From assembly GCA_044229145.1 (NCBI GenBank), contig JBGATO010000044.1, positions 1-32,707 on the forward strand: DNA of 32,707 nucleotides. The letters run 5' to 3'. A program made the position numbers and the translations under genes. The notes under the pieces were generated by a model that did no database searches, was not told the origin of the DNA, and worked only from the letters and a program-made list of their open reading frames with translations. This DNA is from Candidatus Eiseniibacteriota bacterium (GTDB lineage Bacteria > Eisenbacteria > RBG-16-71-46 > CAZEPH01). This document shows positions 8,905 to 17,360 of the stretch, one piece after another (positions within the stretch are counted from its first letter, which is position 1; every line of letters begins with the position of its first letter).

Positions 8905-9006
8905 GCGCCGCCCGCCGAAACGACGGTGCCACCACGGGTCGACGCGCAGCGCTCCCGCAGGCTACTCTCCCGACAGTCGTGGTCCCGATGGAGATCGCCC
9001 CGCCCG

Positions 9007-10743
9007 ATGGATAAGCGCCAGGTTGCCGCCGCTCTCGAGGAAATCGCCACGCTGCTGGAGCTCACCGGCGGCAATATGTTCCAGTTGCGCGCCTACACGA
9101 ACGCGGCGCGGCTCATCGAATCGCTCGACGAGGATCTCGGCGCGCTGGTGGCCAGTGGCGCGCTCCGCGAGCTCAAGGGCATCGGGCCGGCTCTCGCAGA
9201 CAAGATCACGACGCTGGTGACCACGGGCGGGCTGCCGTACCTCGACGATCTGCGCGCGCAGGTGCCGGCGGGCCTGCTCGACGTCATGCGGGTGCCGGGA
9301 CTCGGGCCGAAGAAGGCGAAGCTGTTGCACGAGCAGGCGGGCGTCGAATCGCTCGAGACGCTCGAGGCGGCGGTGCGCGAGGGACGGCTCAAGGGCTTGA
9401 GCGGCTTCGGGCCGAAGACCGAGGCAAACATCCTCGCCGGCATCGAGCGGCTGCGCACGGCGGGTGGCCGTGTGCTGTATCCGATCGCCGCGGCCGAAGC
9501 CGAGCGGTTGCTGGCGATCGTGCGCGCGGTGCCCGGCGTGCAGCGCTGCGAGGTCGGCGGCAGCGTGCGGCGGCGGCGCGAGACCGCGAAGGACATCGAC
9601 CTCGTGTGCGCCGCGCCGGCCGAGTGCGTGGGCGCGGTCATGGACGCGGTGACCGGTGCCGAGGGCGTGGTGGCCGTCGTCGGACGCGGCGAGACCAAGT
9701 GCAGCGTGCAACTCGCCGCCGGGCTCAACGCCGACGTGCGCGTGGTGCGCGACGAGGCGTACGTCGCCACCCTCGCCTACTTCACCGGCTCGAAGGAACA
9801 CAATGTCGCGATGCGCAGCCGGGCAATCGACCGCGGTCTGAAGCTGAACGAGTACGGCTTGTTCCGCGGCGACGAGGCGTTGCCGCTCCCCGACGAAGCG
9901 GCGTTGTACGCGGCGCTCGACCTGCCGTACATCGAGCCGGAGCTGCGCGAGGATCACGGCGAGTTCGAGGCGGCGGCGGCCGGCGCGTTGCCGCGGCTGG
10001 TGCGCGAGGACGACATTCGCGGCGTGCTGCACAATCACTCGACGTGGAGCGACGGCGAGAACACGCTCGAGGAGATGGTCGCCGAGGCGGAGCGGCTCGG
10101 CTACACGTACCTCGGCATGAGCGAGCACTCGAAGTCGGCGGCGTACGCGCGCGGGCTAGAGCCGGCACGATTGCTCGACTACCTCGATACCATCGACGCG
10201 CTCAATGCCGCGCCGGAGCGGCGCATTCGCATCCTGAAGGGCACCGAGTGCGACATCCTGGCCGACGGCGCGCTCGACTACGATGACGCGCTGCTCGCGC
10301 GTTTCGACTTCGTCGTCGCCTCGGTGCATTCGCGCTTCAAGATGGAGGGCGACGCGATGACGGCGCGCATCCTCGCGGCGGTGCGCAATCCGTTCACCAC
10401 GATTCTCGGCCACCCCACCGGCCGACTGTTGCTCGAACGCGATCCGTACAACGTCGACATGGATGCGGTGTTGGCGGAAGCGGCGCGCTGCGATGTCGCG
10501 GTCGAACTCGACGCGCATCCGTCGCGGCTCGATCTCGATTGGCGGCACGGCAAAGTGGTGCGCAAGCTGGGTGTGAAGATCGCCATCGACCCGGACGCGC
10601 ACGCCATCGAAGGACTGCGCGACGTGCGCTACGGCGTCGGCATCGCGCGCAAGATGGGATTGCAACGCGAGCAGGTGCTCAACGCGATGACGGTCGACGA
10701 ACTCACGCGGTGGCTGGCTTCACGGCGCGCGGCGCGCGCCTAG
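9007..10743 (+). CDS. polX: DNA polymerase/3'-5' exonuclease PolX (X family plus PHP domain), 578 aa
   Basis: Start trimmed to MDKRQVAAALEEIA. RAY, KGIG HhH, GLGPKK, GSVRR...KDIDLV, third Asp in ADVRVV, YFTGSKEHN, LNEYGL; PHP motifs HNHSTWSDG, SEHS, ECDI, GHPTGR, DPDAH. Confidence 0.96.
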   Translation: MDKRQVAAALEEIATLLELTGGNMFQLRAYTNAARLIESLDEDLGALVASGALRELKGIGPALADKITTLVTTGGLPYLDDLRAQVPAGLLDVMRVPGLGPKKAKLLHEQAGVESLETLEAAVREGRLKGLSGFGPKTEANILAGIERLRTAGGRVLYPIAAAEAERLLAIVRAVPGVQRCEVGGSVRRRRETAKDIDLVCAAPAECVGAVMDAVTGAEGVVAVVGRGETKCSVQLAAGLNADVRVVRDEAYVATLAYFTGSKEHNVAMRSRAIDRGLKLNEYGLFRGDEALPLPDEAALYAALDLPYIEPELREDHGEFEAAAAGALPRLVREDDIRGVLHNHSTWSDGENTLEEMVAEAERLGYTYLGMSEHSKSAAYARGLEPARLLDYLDTIDALNAAPERRIRILKGTECDILADGALDYDDALLARFDFVVASVHSRFKMEGDAMTARILAAVRNPFTTILGHPTGRLLLERDPYNVDMDAVLAEAARCDVAVELDAHPSRLDLDWRHGKVVRKLGVKIAIDPDAHAIEGLRDVRYGVGIARKMGLQREQVLNAMTVDELTRWLASRRAARA

Positions 10744-11792
10744 CACCGCCGGTCGAGGCCGCTCAACTCTTCCAGCACCACGACGTCGCCGCGAATCCGC
10801 GCGCGCTTGGTCAGCCCCTCGATGACGAAGACGCCGTGGTGGTCGGCGTAGCGCAGCAAGCGCTGGCGATACGCGAGTTCCTCCGGCGTGCCGGGTTGGT
10901 GGGTGCGCACGCCGAGGGCGTAGCCATCGACCAGCCGCACGCCATGATCGGCGCGTCGCGCCTCCGGCGACAGGCTACGCACCTGCACGATGTGCTTCTT
11001 CGCCGGACAGTGCCCCGCGTATTGGCACCACGCGCACAACGCCGACTCCTTCGGCGCCAACGTCTCGGGCGCCGCGAGCGCCGCCTCCACCAGCTCGATC
11101 GCGCCGAGCACCTGGCGGTGCAGCGCGTCGATTTGCTCCGGCGTGCGGCGGGTTTCCATGATCTTGTTGTGCGCGAGGTAGTGCCACTTCAACTCCACCT
11201 CGCGCGCGTCGGGATGCACGCTCTGCAGGATCATCTGGTAGAGCGCGAGTTGGCGGCCCGGCGCGTCCGGCGCGTCGGAATCGAAATCCGCCTGGCGCGG
11301 CACCGACGCCGACGTCTTGTAATCGTGGATTTCCCACACGCCATCGGGGCGCCGCACCAGACGGTCCACGATGCAGCGCATGATCCACCCGCGCGTCGCG
11401 TCCACCGGATGCCGCATCTCGTGCTCGACCGCGATGGTGTATTCGCTGGCTGGGTCGAACGGCGCGTGGGCCACGAGGTAGTCGCGCAGGAAGCGCTCGC
11501 CGCTGGCGCGGTACGACGCGGCGGTGGCGCCGGCGCGCACGATGTAGACGTTGTCGTGCCACAGCCGGTCCCAGGCCGCGTGGTAGCCGGCCAGCACGGC
11601 GTCGAGCACCGGCGGTTCGCGCTGGTCGAGCAGGCCGCGGTAGACGCCTTCGAGCGCCTCATGCACGCGGTGGCCGAGGAAGATCTCGATGGACTCGTCC
11701 GGCAACCGTAGACGGTCGAGGTATTCGAGGCGGAACTTCCAGCCGCACTGATCGAAGGTCTTGAGCTTGGAGTGGGAGAAAATCGACGACAT
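10740..11792 (-). CDS. PD-(D/E)XK nuclease (RecB/AddB/Cas4-like) with probable 4Fe-4S cluster, 350 aa
   Basis: Start MSSIFSHSKLKTFDQC with GAGGA RBS; G-x-x-VH, IVDRL, IHDYKT, QLALY motifs; N-terminal Cys plus CAWCQYAGHC. Confidence 0.9.
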   Translation of the reverse strand: MSSIFSHSKLKTFDQCGWKFRLEYLDRLRLPDESIEIFLGHRVHEALEGVYRGLLDQREPPVLDAVLAGYHAAWDRLWHDNVYIVRAGATAASYRASGERFLRDYLVAHAPFDPASEYTIAVEHEMRHPVDATRGWIMRCIVDRLVRRPDGVWEIHDYKTSASVPRQADFDSDAPDAPGRQLALYQMILQSVHPDAREVELKWHYLAHNKIMETRRTPEQIDALHRQVLGAIELVEAALAAPETLAPKESALCAWCQYAGHCPAKKHIVQVRSLSPEARRADHGVRLVDGYALGVRTHQPGTPEELAYRQRLLRYADHHGVFVIEGLTKRARIRGDVVVLEELSGLDRRC

Positions 11793-12045
11793 CAGATCCT
11801 CGGGACGCCCTGGATAGGTCTCGCACTGTAGGAACAGGCGACGGCGGGCGCAAGCCCCACGGCCGGCGTGCCGATAGATTGTCAGGCGCTTGTCCGTCAA
11901 GCAGTTACGACCGTGTGGGATTTCCCGCACGGATCCGTGCAAGTTGCCCGCCCCCCTGGGGTGGTCCCCGGCTCGCTCCGATACATCTAGAGAACTCACG
12001 CGACATGGCCTGTCGCCCACGCAGCGGTGCGAGTGGAGATCACGG

Positions 12046-12909
12046 ATGTTCACCATCATCGGCATTCTGGTTGTGCTGGGGTCGGTGGCGGGCGGTTTCA
12101 CCATTGCCGGTGGAAAGCTCCCTGCACTCTTCCACATCTCGGAAATCATCACGATCTGCGGCACCGCGGCGGGCACCATGCTCATCGCGACGCCGTTGCC
12201 GGTGTTGAAGCAACTCGGCGGCCGCATCGCCGCGCTCATGAAGCCGTCGCGCTTCAGCAAGGGTCTCTACCTCGAGTCGCTCCGCTGCCTTTACGAATTG
12301 TTCACGATGGCGCGCAAGGACGGCCTGGTGGCCATCGAGCAGCACATCGAGAACCCGCACAAGAGCAGCCTCTTCCAGAAGTATCCCGCGGTCGCCCACG
12401 ACCACCATGCGGTGTCGTTCCTGTGCGACTCGCTGCGCTTAGTGCTGGTGGGCGGTGTGCCGCCGCACGATCTCGAAGCGCTGATGGACCAAGACCTCGA
12501 GTGTCACCACGAGGAGAGCGCGCAGCCGGCGGGGGCGTTGCAGAAGGTCGCCGACGCGCTGCCGGCCATCGGCATCGTCGCCGCGGTCTGCGGTATCGTG
12601 GTGACGATGGCGGCGATCGCCGGTCCGGTGGAACAGATCGGCGAGCACGTCGGCGCCGCGCTCACCGGAACCCTCATGGGCGTGCTCATCGCCTATGGCT
12701 TCTGCGCGCCGCTGGTCGGGGCGATGGAGGCAGCGAACAGCACCGAGGCGCGCTATTACGTCTTCTTGAAGGCGAGCGTCGTTGCATTCGCCAAGGGCTT
12801 CAGCCCGATCGTGTCGGTGGAGTTCGCGCGCCGCGCCATCTACGCCGAGGTGCGTCCGACCTTCGGCGAGATGGAGAAGTCGTGCAAAGAAATGAAGAAG
12901 GCCGCCTAA
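12046..12909 (+). CDS. motA: Flagellar stator protein MotA, 287 aa
   Basis: GGAG RBS then MFTIIGILVV; ARKDGLVAIEQHIENP (conserved Arg/Glu), ADALPAIGIVAAV, GAALTGT, VEFARR. Confidence 0.96.
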   Translation: MFTIIGILVVLGSVAGGFTIAGGKLPALFHISEIITICGTAAGTMLIATPLPVLKQLGGRIAALMKPSRFSKGLYLESLRCLYELFTMARKDGLVAIEQHIENPHKSSLFQKYPAVAHDHHAVSFLCDSLRLVLVGGVPPHDLEALMDQDLECHHEESAQPAGALQKVADALPAIGIVAAVCGIVVTMAAIAGPVEQIGEHVGAALTGTLMGVLIAYGFCAPLVGAMEAANSTEARYYVFLKASVVAFAKGFSPIVSVEFARRAIYAEVRPTFGEMEKSCKEMKKAA

Positions 12910-12922
12910 GGATGATGCGCGC

Positions 12923-13855
12923 ATGAGCGGGCCGGGCGGCAAGGGCGACAACATCATCATCATCCGCAAGAAGAGCGGAGGACACGGCGGCCATCACGGC
13001 GGCGCGTGGAAGGTGGCATTCGCCGACTTCATGACGGCCATGTTCACGCTGTTCCTGGTGTTGTGGCTGGTCAATCAGTCGTCCGATGTGAAGTCGGCGA
13101 TCGCCGGGTACTTCCAGGATCCGCTCGGCCGCGCCGACGAGTTCGGCTCGTCGATCGTCCCCGGTGCCGGCGCGCAGGCGGCCACCGTGCGCGCGTTGAG
13201 CGAAGCCGACGTGCTCGAGATGCGCCGCGACAAGATGCGCTCGGCCGCCGAAGCGGTGAAGAAGGCGATCGAGGCAAGCGACGCGCTCTCCAGCGTGAAG
13301 AACAACATCGAGATCACGCTCACCAAGGAGGGCCTGCACATCGAGTTGCTCGAGGACTCGACCGGCACCTTCTTCCAGAGCGGCTCGGCGGATTTGAGCG
13401 ACCGCGGCGAAGCGATCCTGACGCTGCTCGGCACCGTGCTCGGCTCGCTGGACAATCCGGTGCACATCGAAGGGCACACCGACTCGCAGCCGCTCGGCCC
13501 CGGCACCACGTACACGAACTGGGAGCTGAGCGCGGATCGCGCCAACGCGGCGCGGCGCATCATGTCCGAGTACGGGCTGCAGCCCTTGCAGATCACGCAG
13601 ATCCGTGGCTTGGCCGATCGCGACCCGCGGGATCCCGAGCATCCGGCGTCCCCGCGGAATCGCCGCATCGCCATCGACGTGCTGATGTCCCCGAGCGATC
13701 AAGAGATGATCGCCGCGGGATTCGTCCCCGAGTCCCAACCCAACTCCGCACCAGGAAACGCAGGTGCCGCCGTGCCGCGTGCGACGAGCCCTGCACATGC
13801 GCCGGACCATCCCACGGTGATCACCGCCGGGACGGCCGGGGGCGAGAACAAATGA
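12923..13855 (+). CDS. motB: Flagellar stator protein MotB, 310 aa
   Basis: HGGAWKVAFADFMTAM with the conserved Asp; OmpA-like IEGHTD, NWELSADRANAARR, NRRI. Confidence 0.96.
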   Translation: MSGPGGKGDNIIIIRKKSGGHGGHHGGAWKVAFADFMTAMFTLFLVLWLVNQSSDVKSAIAGYFQDPLGRADEFGSSIVPGAGAQAATVRALSEADVLEMRRDKMRSAAEAVKKAIEASDALSSVKNNIEITLTKEGLHIELLEDSTGTFFQSGSADLSDRGEAILTLLGTVLGSLDNPVHIEGHTDSQPLGPGTTYTNWELSADRANAARRIMSEYGLQPLQITQIRGLADRDPRDPEHPASPRNRRIAIDVLMSPSDQEMIAAGFVPESQPNSAPGNAGAAVPRATSPAHAPDHPTVITAGTAGGENK

Positions 13856-15027
13856 GCGACGCAGACCCCATTCTGCTCGTCGGCGCCGATCCCCTCACCG
13901 CCGCGACGTTCCGGCGCGCGGTGGACGGCGTCCAACACGCCGAATTACTGCTGGCCTCGCGCATCGGCGAGGCGATCGAAATCGCCCGCGAGACGCCGCC
14001 GACGCTCGTGGTGGCGCGCCACATCGCCGGGGTGAGCAACGTCTTCGACATCTGCCGCAAGATCAAGGCGGACGCGACGCTGTCGACGCGCGTGTTCGCG
14101 ATCGCCACCACTCCGTCGAACATGGAGTGGGATCGCGCATTCGGCGCCGGAGCGGAAGGCGTGCTGCCGTGGCCACTGACAGGCGCCGATCTGCAAGCCA
14201 TGCTGGCGTCGGCGCGCCGCGTCCGGCAGTTGCATCAGGAAGTCGCCGATGCGACCGCACCGGACGATCCGCACACGCCGGCCACCTGGCACGTCACGCA
14301 GGACGTCTGGCTGCGCGCGCTCACCGCCTTGCGTGACGAAGCGCAGCCGGCGGCGGCAGTCCGCGCCGAACAGATCGTCGAATTCGCGCACCACTTGGCG
14401 GCGCAGTTTGGCATTCCCGCGATGTGGCTGCGCGATCTCGATCGCGCCGGGCGATTCTCCGAGATCGGCAACGTCTTCTGCGGACGCAAGCTGCGCGACA
14501 GCGGCGGCCTCGGCTGGCACAACGCGGCGCGGGCGCTCGGCACCTACGCGCTGTTGGCGCGCATCGACGGTCTCACCGGCGCGGCCGAACTCACCGCGAT
14601 GGTGACCGAGAACTGGAACGGCAGCGGCTTCCCACGCGGCATCGCGCACGCCGACATTCCGCTGCGGGCGCGTATCCTGCGTGTCGCGCGCGACTACGTG
14701 GCGCTGGTCGAGAGCGGCGTCGCCGATCCGGGCGACGAGATCATCTCCGGCTCCGGCGTGCTCTACGATCCGCTGGTGATCGAGCATTTCCGCACGCTGG
14801 CGCAACTCGCGCATCAGGCAGCGCACATCGATGATTCGGAGGTCGTGCCGGTCAGCGTGTTGCGCAGCGGCATGACGCTGGCGAACGACGTCTTCACGCA
14901 CACCGGCCTCTTGTTGCTGCACGAGGGCACCGTGCTCACGCCGCAGACGATTCAGCAAATCCTGCGCGTGCACCACATCGAGCCGATCCGGCCGGGGATC
15001 GCGATTCGGCGCGCCACCGCCGCGTAG
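13852..15027 (+). CDS. Degenerate REC + HD-GYP (RpfG-like) protein, probably catalytically inactive, 391 aa
   Basis: ATG overlaps the motB stop (ATGA). Receiver-like N-terminus (ILLVGAD, FDICRKIK, AFGAGAEG..PWP); ENWNGSGFPRGI...IPLRARIL...GVLYDP; C-terminal LRSGMTLANDV...GLLLLHEGTVLT. Confidence 0.8.
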   Translation: MSDADPILLVGADPLTAATFRRAVDGVQHAELLLASRIGEAIEIARETPPTLVVARHIAGVSNVFDICRKIKADATLSTRVFAIATTPSNMEWDRAFGAGAEGVLPWPLTGADLQAMLASARRVRQLHQEVADATAPDDPHTPATWHVTQDVWLRALTALRDEAQPAAAVRAEQIVEFAHHLAAQFGIPAMWLRDLDRAGRFSEIGNVFCGRKLRDSGGLGWHNAARALGTYALLARIDGLTGAAELTAMVTENWNGSGFPRGIAHADIPLRARILRVARDYVALVESGVADPGDEIISGSGVLYDPLVIEHFRTLAQLAHQAAHIDDSEVVPVSVLRSGMTLANDVFTHTGLLLLHEGTVLTPQTIQQILRVHHIEPIRPGIAIRRATAA

Positions 15028-15039
15028 GCGGCGGACGCG

Positions 15040-16404
15040 CTAGATCGACTGCAGCAGCGTCTGCACCATTTCGTCGGCGATCGACACCAGCTTGGCCGCC
15101 GCAGCGTACGCCTCCTGCTGCGTGATCAGGTTGGTCATTTCCTCGTCGAGGTTGACGCCGAAGACGCTCTGCCGCTGCTGATCGGCGCTGTCCACCAACG
15201 TCTGATAGATCGACACGTCGTTCTCCGCGTTCGCGACGTCCACGCCGACGCCGGCCGCGGTGGCGGTGTAATAGTCGCGCAGCGTCGCGTTGCCGAGTTC
15301 CGCCACCTGCTGCGTCGCCAGTCCGGCGATCGCCAGGGCGACGGAGCCGTCGCCGGGTGCGGCGGTCCCGCCGGCCGCAATGTTGTTGGGATCGCCCAGC
15401 ACTGCGTCGGTGAGGGAGATCGTCGAGGCGGTGACCTTCGCCGGATCGAAGAAGTCGACACCGAACTGCGCGTACGCGGTGTAGCCGCCCTCGTGCAGCG
15501 AGTTGACCTGCTGGACTAGTTGCTGTGTCCACGCGTCGAGCGAGGTGCGCAGCCGCGGCACGGTAGTGTTGATGACCGTGAGTTCGCCCGCCAGACTGCC
15601 GCCCGCCGGCGTCAGGGAGTCGCCGCCGGCGATCCCGATCTGATACGTCCCGTCGGATTGCGGTCGCAACTCGAGCGCGTGCGCGCCGCCGCCGTCTACC
15701 AACAGCTGACCGCTGCCGAGCACGCCAATCGAGCCGTCCTGGTGCTGCACGACTTGAATCGGCAGCAAGGTGGAGAGCTGGTCGAGGATCGCATCGCGCT
15801 GGTCGAGCATGTCGGGCGAGTCCTGGCCCGGCGCGCCGCTCGCGACTACCTGCGCGTTGAGGTTGCTCAGCTGCGCGGTCAGCGTATTGACTTGATCGAT
15901 CTGTGTCTGCAATTGCCCGAGTGCGTCGGTTCGCGCCTGCAGGATGTCGCCGTCGAGACGGCGAATCTGGCCGGCGAGACGATCGCCGGTGCTCTGCACC
16001 ATGTCGCGGTTGGTCGCGCTGTCGGGATTGTTGGCGAGATCGTTGAAGGCGTTGAAGAACGCGTCGAGCGCCGCCGACACGCCGGTGTCCGACGGCTCGG
16101 CGAAGGCATTCTCGATCTGCGACAGCAGGCTGGTGCTCGTGTTCGCCTGGCCAAGCGAGCTCGCGTGGCGCCGGTAGAGCGTGTCGGAGAACTGATCGCG
16201 GATGCGCGTCACGCCGGTATCGGTGACGCCGCGGCCCACGGTGCCGTGCGGATCGCGCAGCGGCATCGCGGCAATGATGTTCAACCGCTGCCGGCTGTAT
16301 CCCGGCGTCTCCGAGTTCGCGATGTTGTGCGACGTCACCGCCATGGCGCGCTGCGAGGTCATGAGCGCGGTACGGGCGATGCTGAGCAGACTGGTCAGCG
16401 ACAT
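15040..16404 (-). CDS. flgK: Flagellar hook-associated protein FlgK, 454 aa
   Basis: TSHNIANSETPGYSRQ; LDQRD; GVNLDEEMTNLITQQEAYAAAAK. Confidence 0.95.
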   Translation of the reverse strand: MSLTSLLSIARTALMTSQRAMAVTSHNIANSETPGYSRQRLNIIAAMPLRDPHGTVGRGVTDTGVTRIRDQFSDTLYRRHASSLGQANTSTSLLSQIENAFAEPSDTGVSAALDAFFNAFNDLANNPDSATNRDMVQSTGDRLAGQIRRLDGDILQARTDALGQLQTQIDQVNTLTAQLSNLNAQVVASGAPGQDSPDMLDQRDAILDQLSTLLPIQVVQHQDGSIGVLGSGQLLVDGGGAHALELRPQSDGTYQIGIAGGDSLTPAGGSLAGELTVINTTVPRLRTSLDAWTQQLVQQVNSLHEGGYTAYAQFGVDFFDPAKVTASTISLTDAVLGDPNNIAAGGTAAPGDGSVALAIAGLATQQVAELGNATLRDYYTATAAGVGVDVANAENDVSIYQTLVDSADQQRQSVFGVNLDEEMTNLITQQEAYAAAAKLVSIADEMVQTLLQSI

Positions 16405-16407
16405 GGG

Positions 16408-16929
16408 TCAGGCCACCTTGTTGACGAAGACGCTGGTGGGACGCGCGGCATCGTCCGCCGCCGCGCCGGCCGAATAGGTCGGCGTGCTGTCGCCCCACGA
16501 CGAGAACAGCTCTTGGAGGAACCGGTCGCCGGCTTCCACGGCGCCGCGCAACACGCGATGGTTGATCGCGACTTCACGCGCCACCGCCTCGGCCTCGCGC
16601 CGCAGATCGCCGCGCACGGCACGCAGGGACGCCGGAAACGGCAGGCCGAGCGTCGCCTCGAGATCGTCGAGCGGGAGCGCGGCGTCGCCGCACAGCGTGT
16701 GCAGCAACTGGCCGCGCGCGCGGCGCGCATCGGTGAGTCCCTGGAGCACGCGGCCGATGTCGGCGATGGTCGCCTGGACGGCGTCCGCGCGATGGGCAGC
16801 GATGGCAGCACGTTGTGCCACCAGCGCCTCCCGCAGGGCGATGACCAGCGCGGTCTCGCCGCGCAGCGAGTCGTGCAAGGCGTCGAGATGCACGCCAAGA
16901 TCGGACGAAGGACGGTGCGTGGGCGTCAT
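16408..16929 (-). CDS. flgN: Flagellar export chaperone FlgN-like, 173 aa
   Basis: Helical protein directly upstream of flgK with C-terminal N...Y pattern (VAINHRVL...PTYS). Confidence 0.72.
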   Translation of the reverse strand: MTPTHRPSSDLGVHLDALHDSLRGETALVIALREALVAQRAAIAAHRADAVQATIADIGRVLQGLTDARRARGQLLHTLCGDAALPLDDLEATLGLPFPASLRAVRGDLRREAEAVAREVAINHRVLRGAVEAGDRFLQELFSSWGDSTPTYSAGAAADDAARPTSVFVNKVA

Positions 16930-17360
16930 CGGTCACTCCGGTCGGCCGCGTCGGATGACGGCGGCAAGTGCGTGGCGAGTTGGTGATAGAGCGCGTCGCC
17001 GAGGCCGCCGCGCGAACGCTGCGCGGCCACGCTGGCGAGCTTGTCGTCGAGCATCGAGGTGAACATCTGCTGCGCGTCGCTCTGCGCGCCGCTGGCGCTC
17101 TCCTGCGGCACGCTCCGACGCATGACCTCGAACATCTGGCGCATGAACGCCGCCTCGAACTCGCGCGCCACCCGATGCAAGGCGGCCTGCGGATCGTGGC
17201 GTGGTGCCAGACGCGGCGCGGCGCGCAACGGCAGCCCGCCGCCTCCGGCCTCGTCGAGATGGAGCGCGAACGGTCGCGGCGCCGCCTCGGGCGCCCCGGC
17301 CGGGCGCAGGGCGAAGGCGCGCGGCGCCGGGCTGCCGGACGCGGCATCGACGGGTGTCAT
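16926..17360 (-). CDS. flgJ: Short FlgJ-like rod-binding protein (no muramidase domain), 144 aa
   Basis: ATG overlaps the flgI stop; VAREFEAAFMRQMFEVMRRSV...FTSMLDDKLA...GLGDALYHQL. Confidence 0.85.
   Translation of the reverse strand: MTPVDAASGSPAPRAFALRPAGAPEAAPRPFALHLDEAGGGGLPLRAAPRLAPRHDPQAALHRVAREFEAAFMRQMFEVMRRSVPQESASGAQSDAQQMFTSMLDDKLASVAAQRSRGGLGDALYHQLATHLPPSSDAADRSDR

Noticed and set aside
8803..9006. N-terminal extension of PolX in the ORF track (likewise extensions for the nuclease, motA, the HD-GYP gene, flgI, flgH, flgF, fliA, flhG, fliOP and fliN)
   Set aside because: Extensions lack family similarity and mostly overlap neighbouring genes or promoters; downstream starts match the family N-termini and mostly have an RBS or stop/start coupling.
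10740..11792. Cas4-like gene as evidence of a CRISPR-Cas locus
   Set aside because: No repeat-spacer array and no cas1/cas2 or effector genes are visible in the window.
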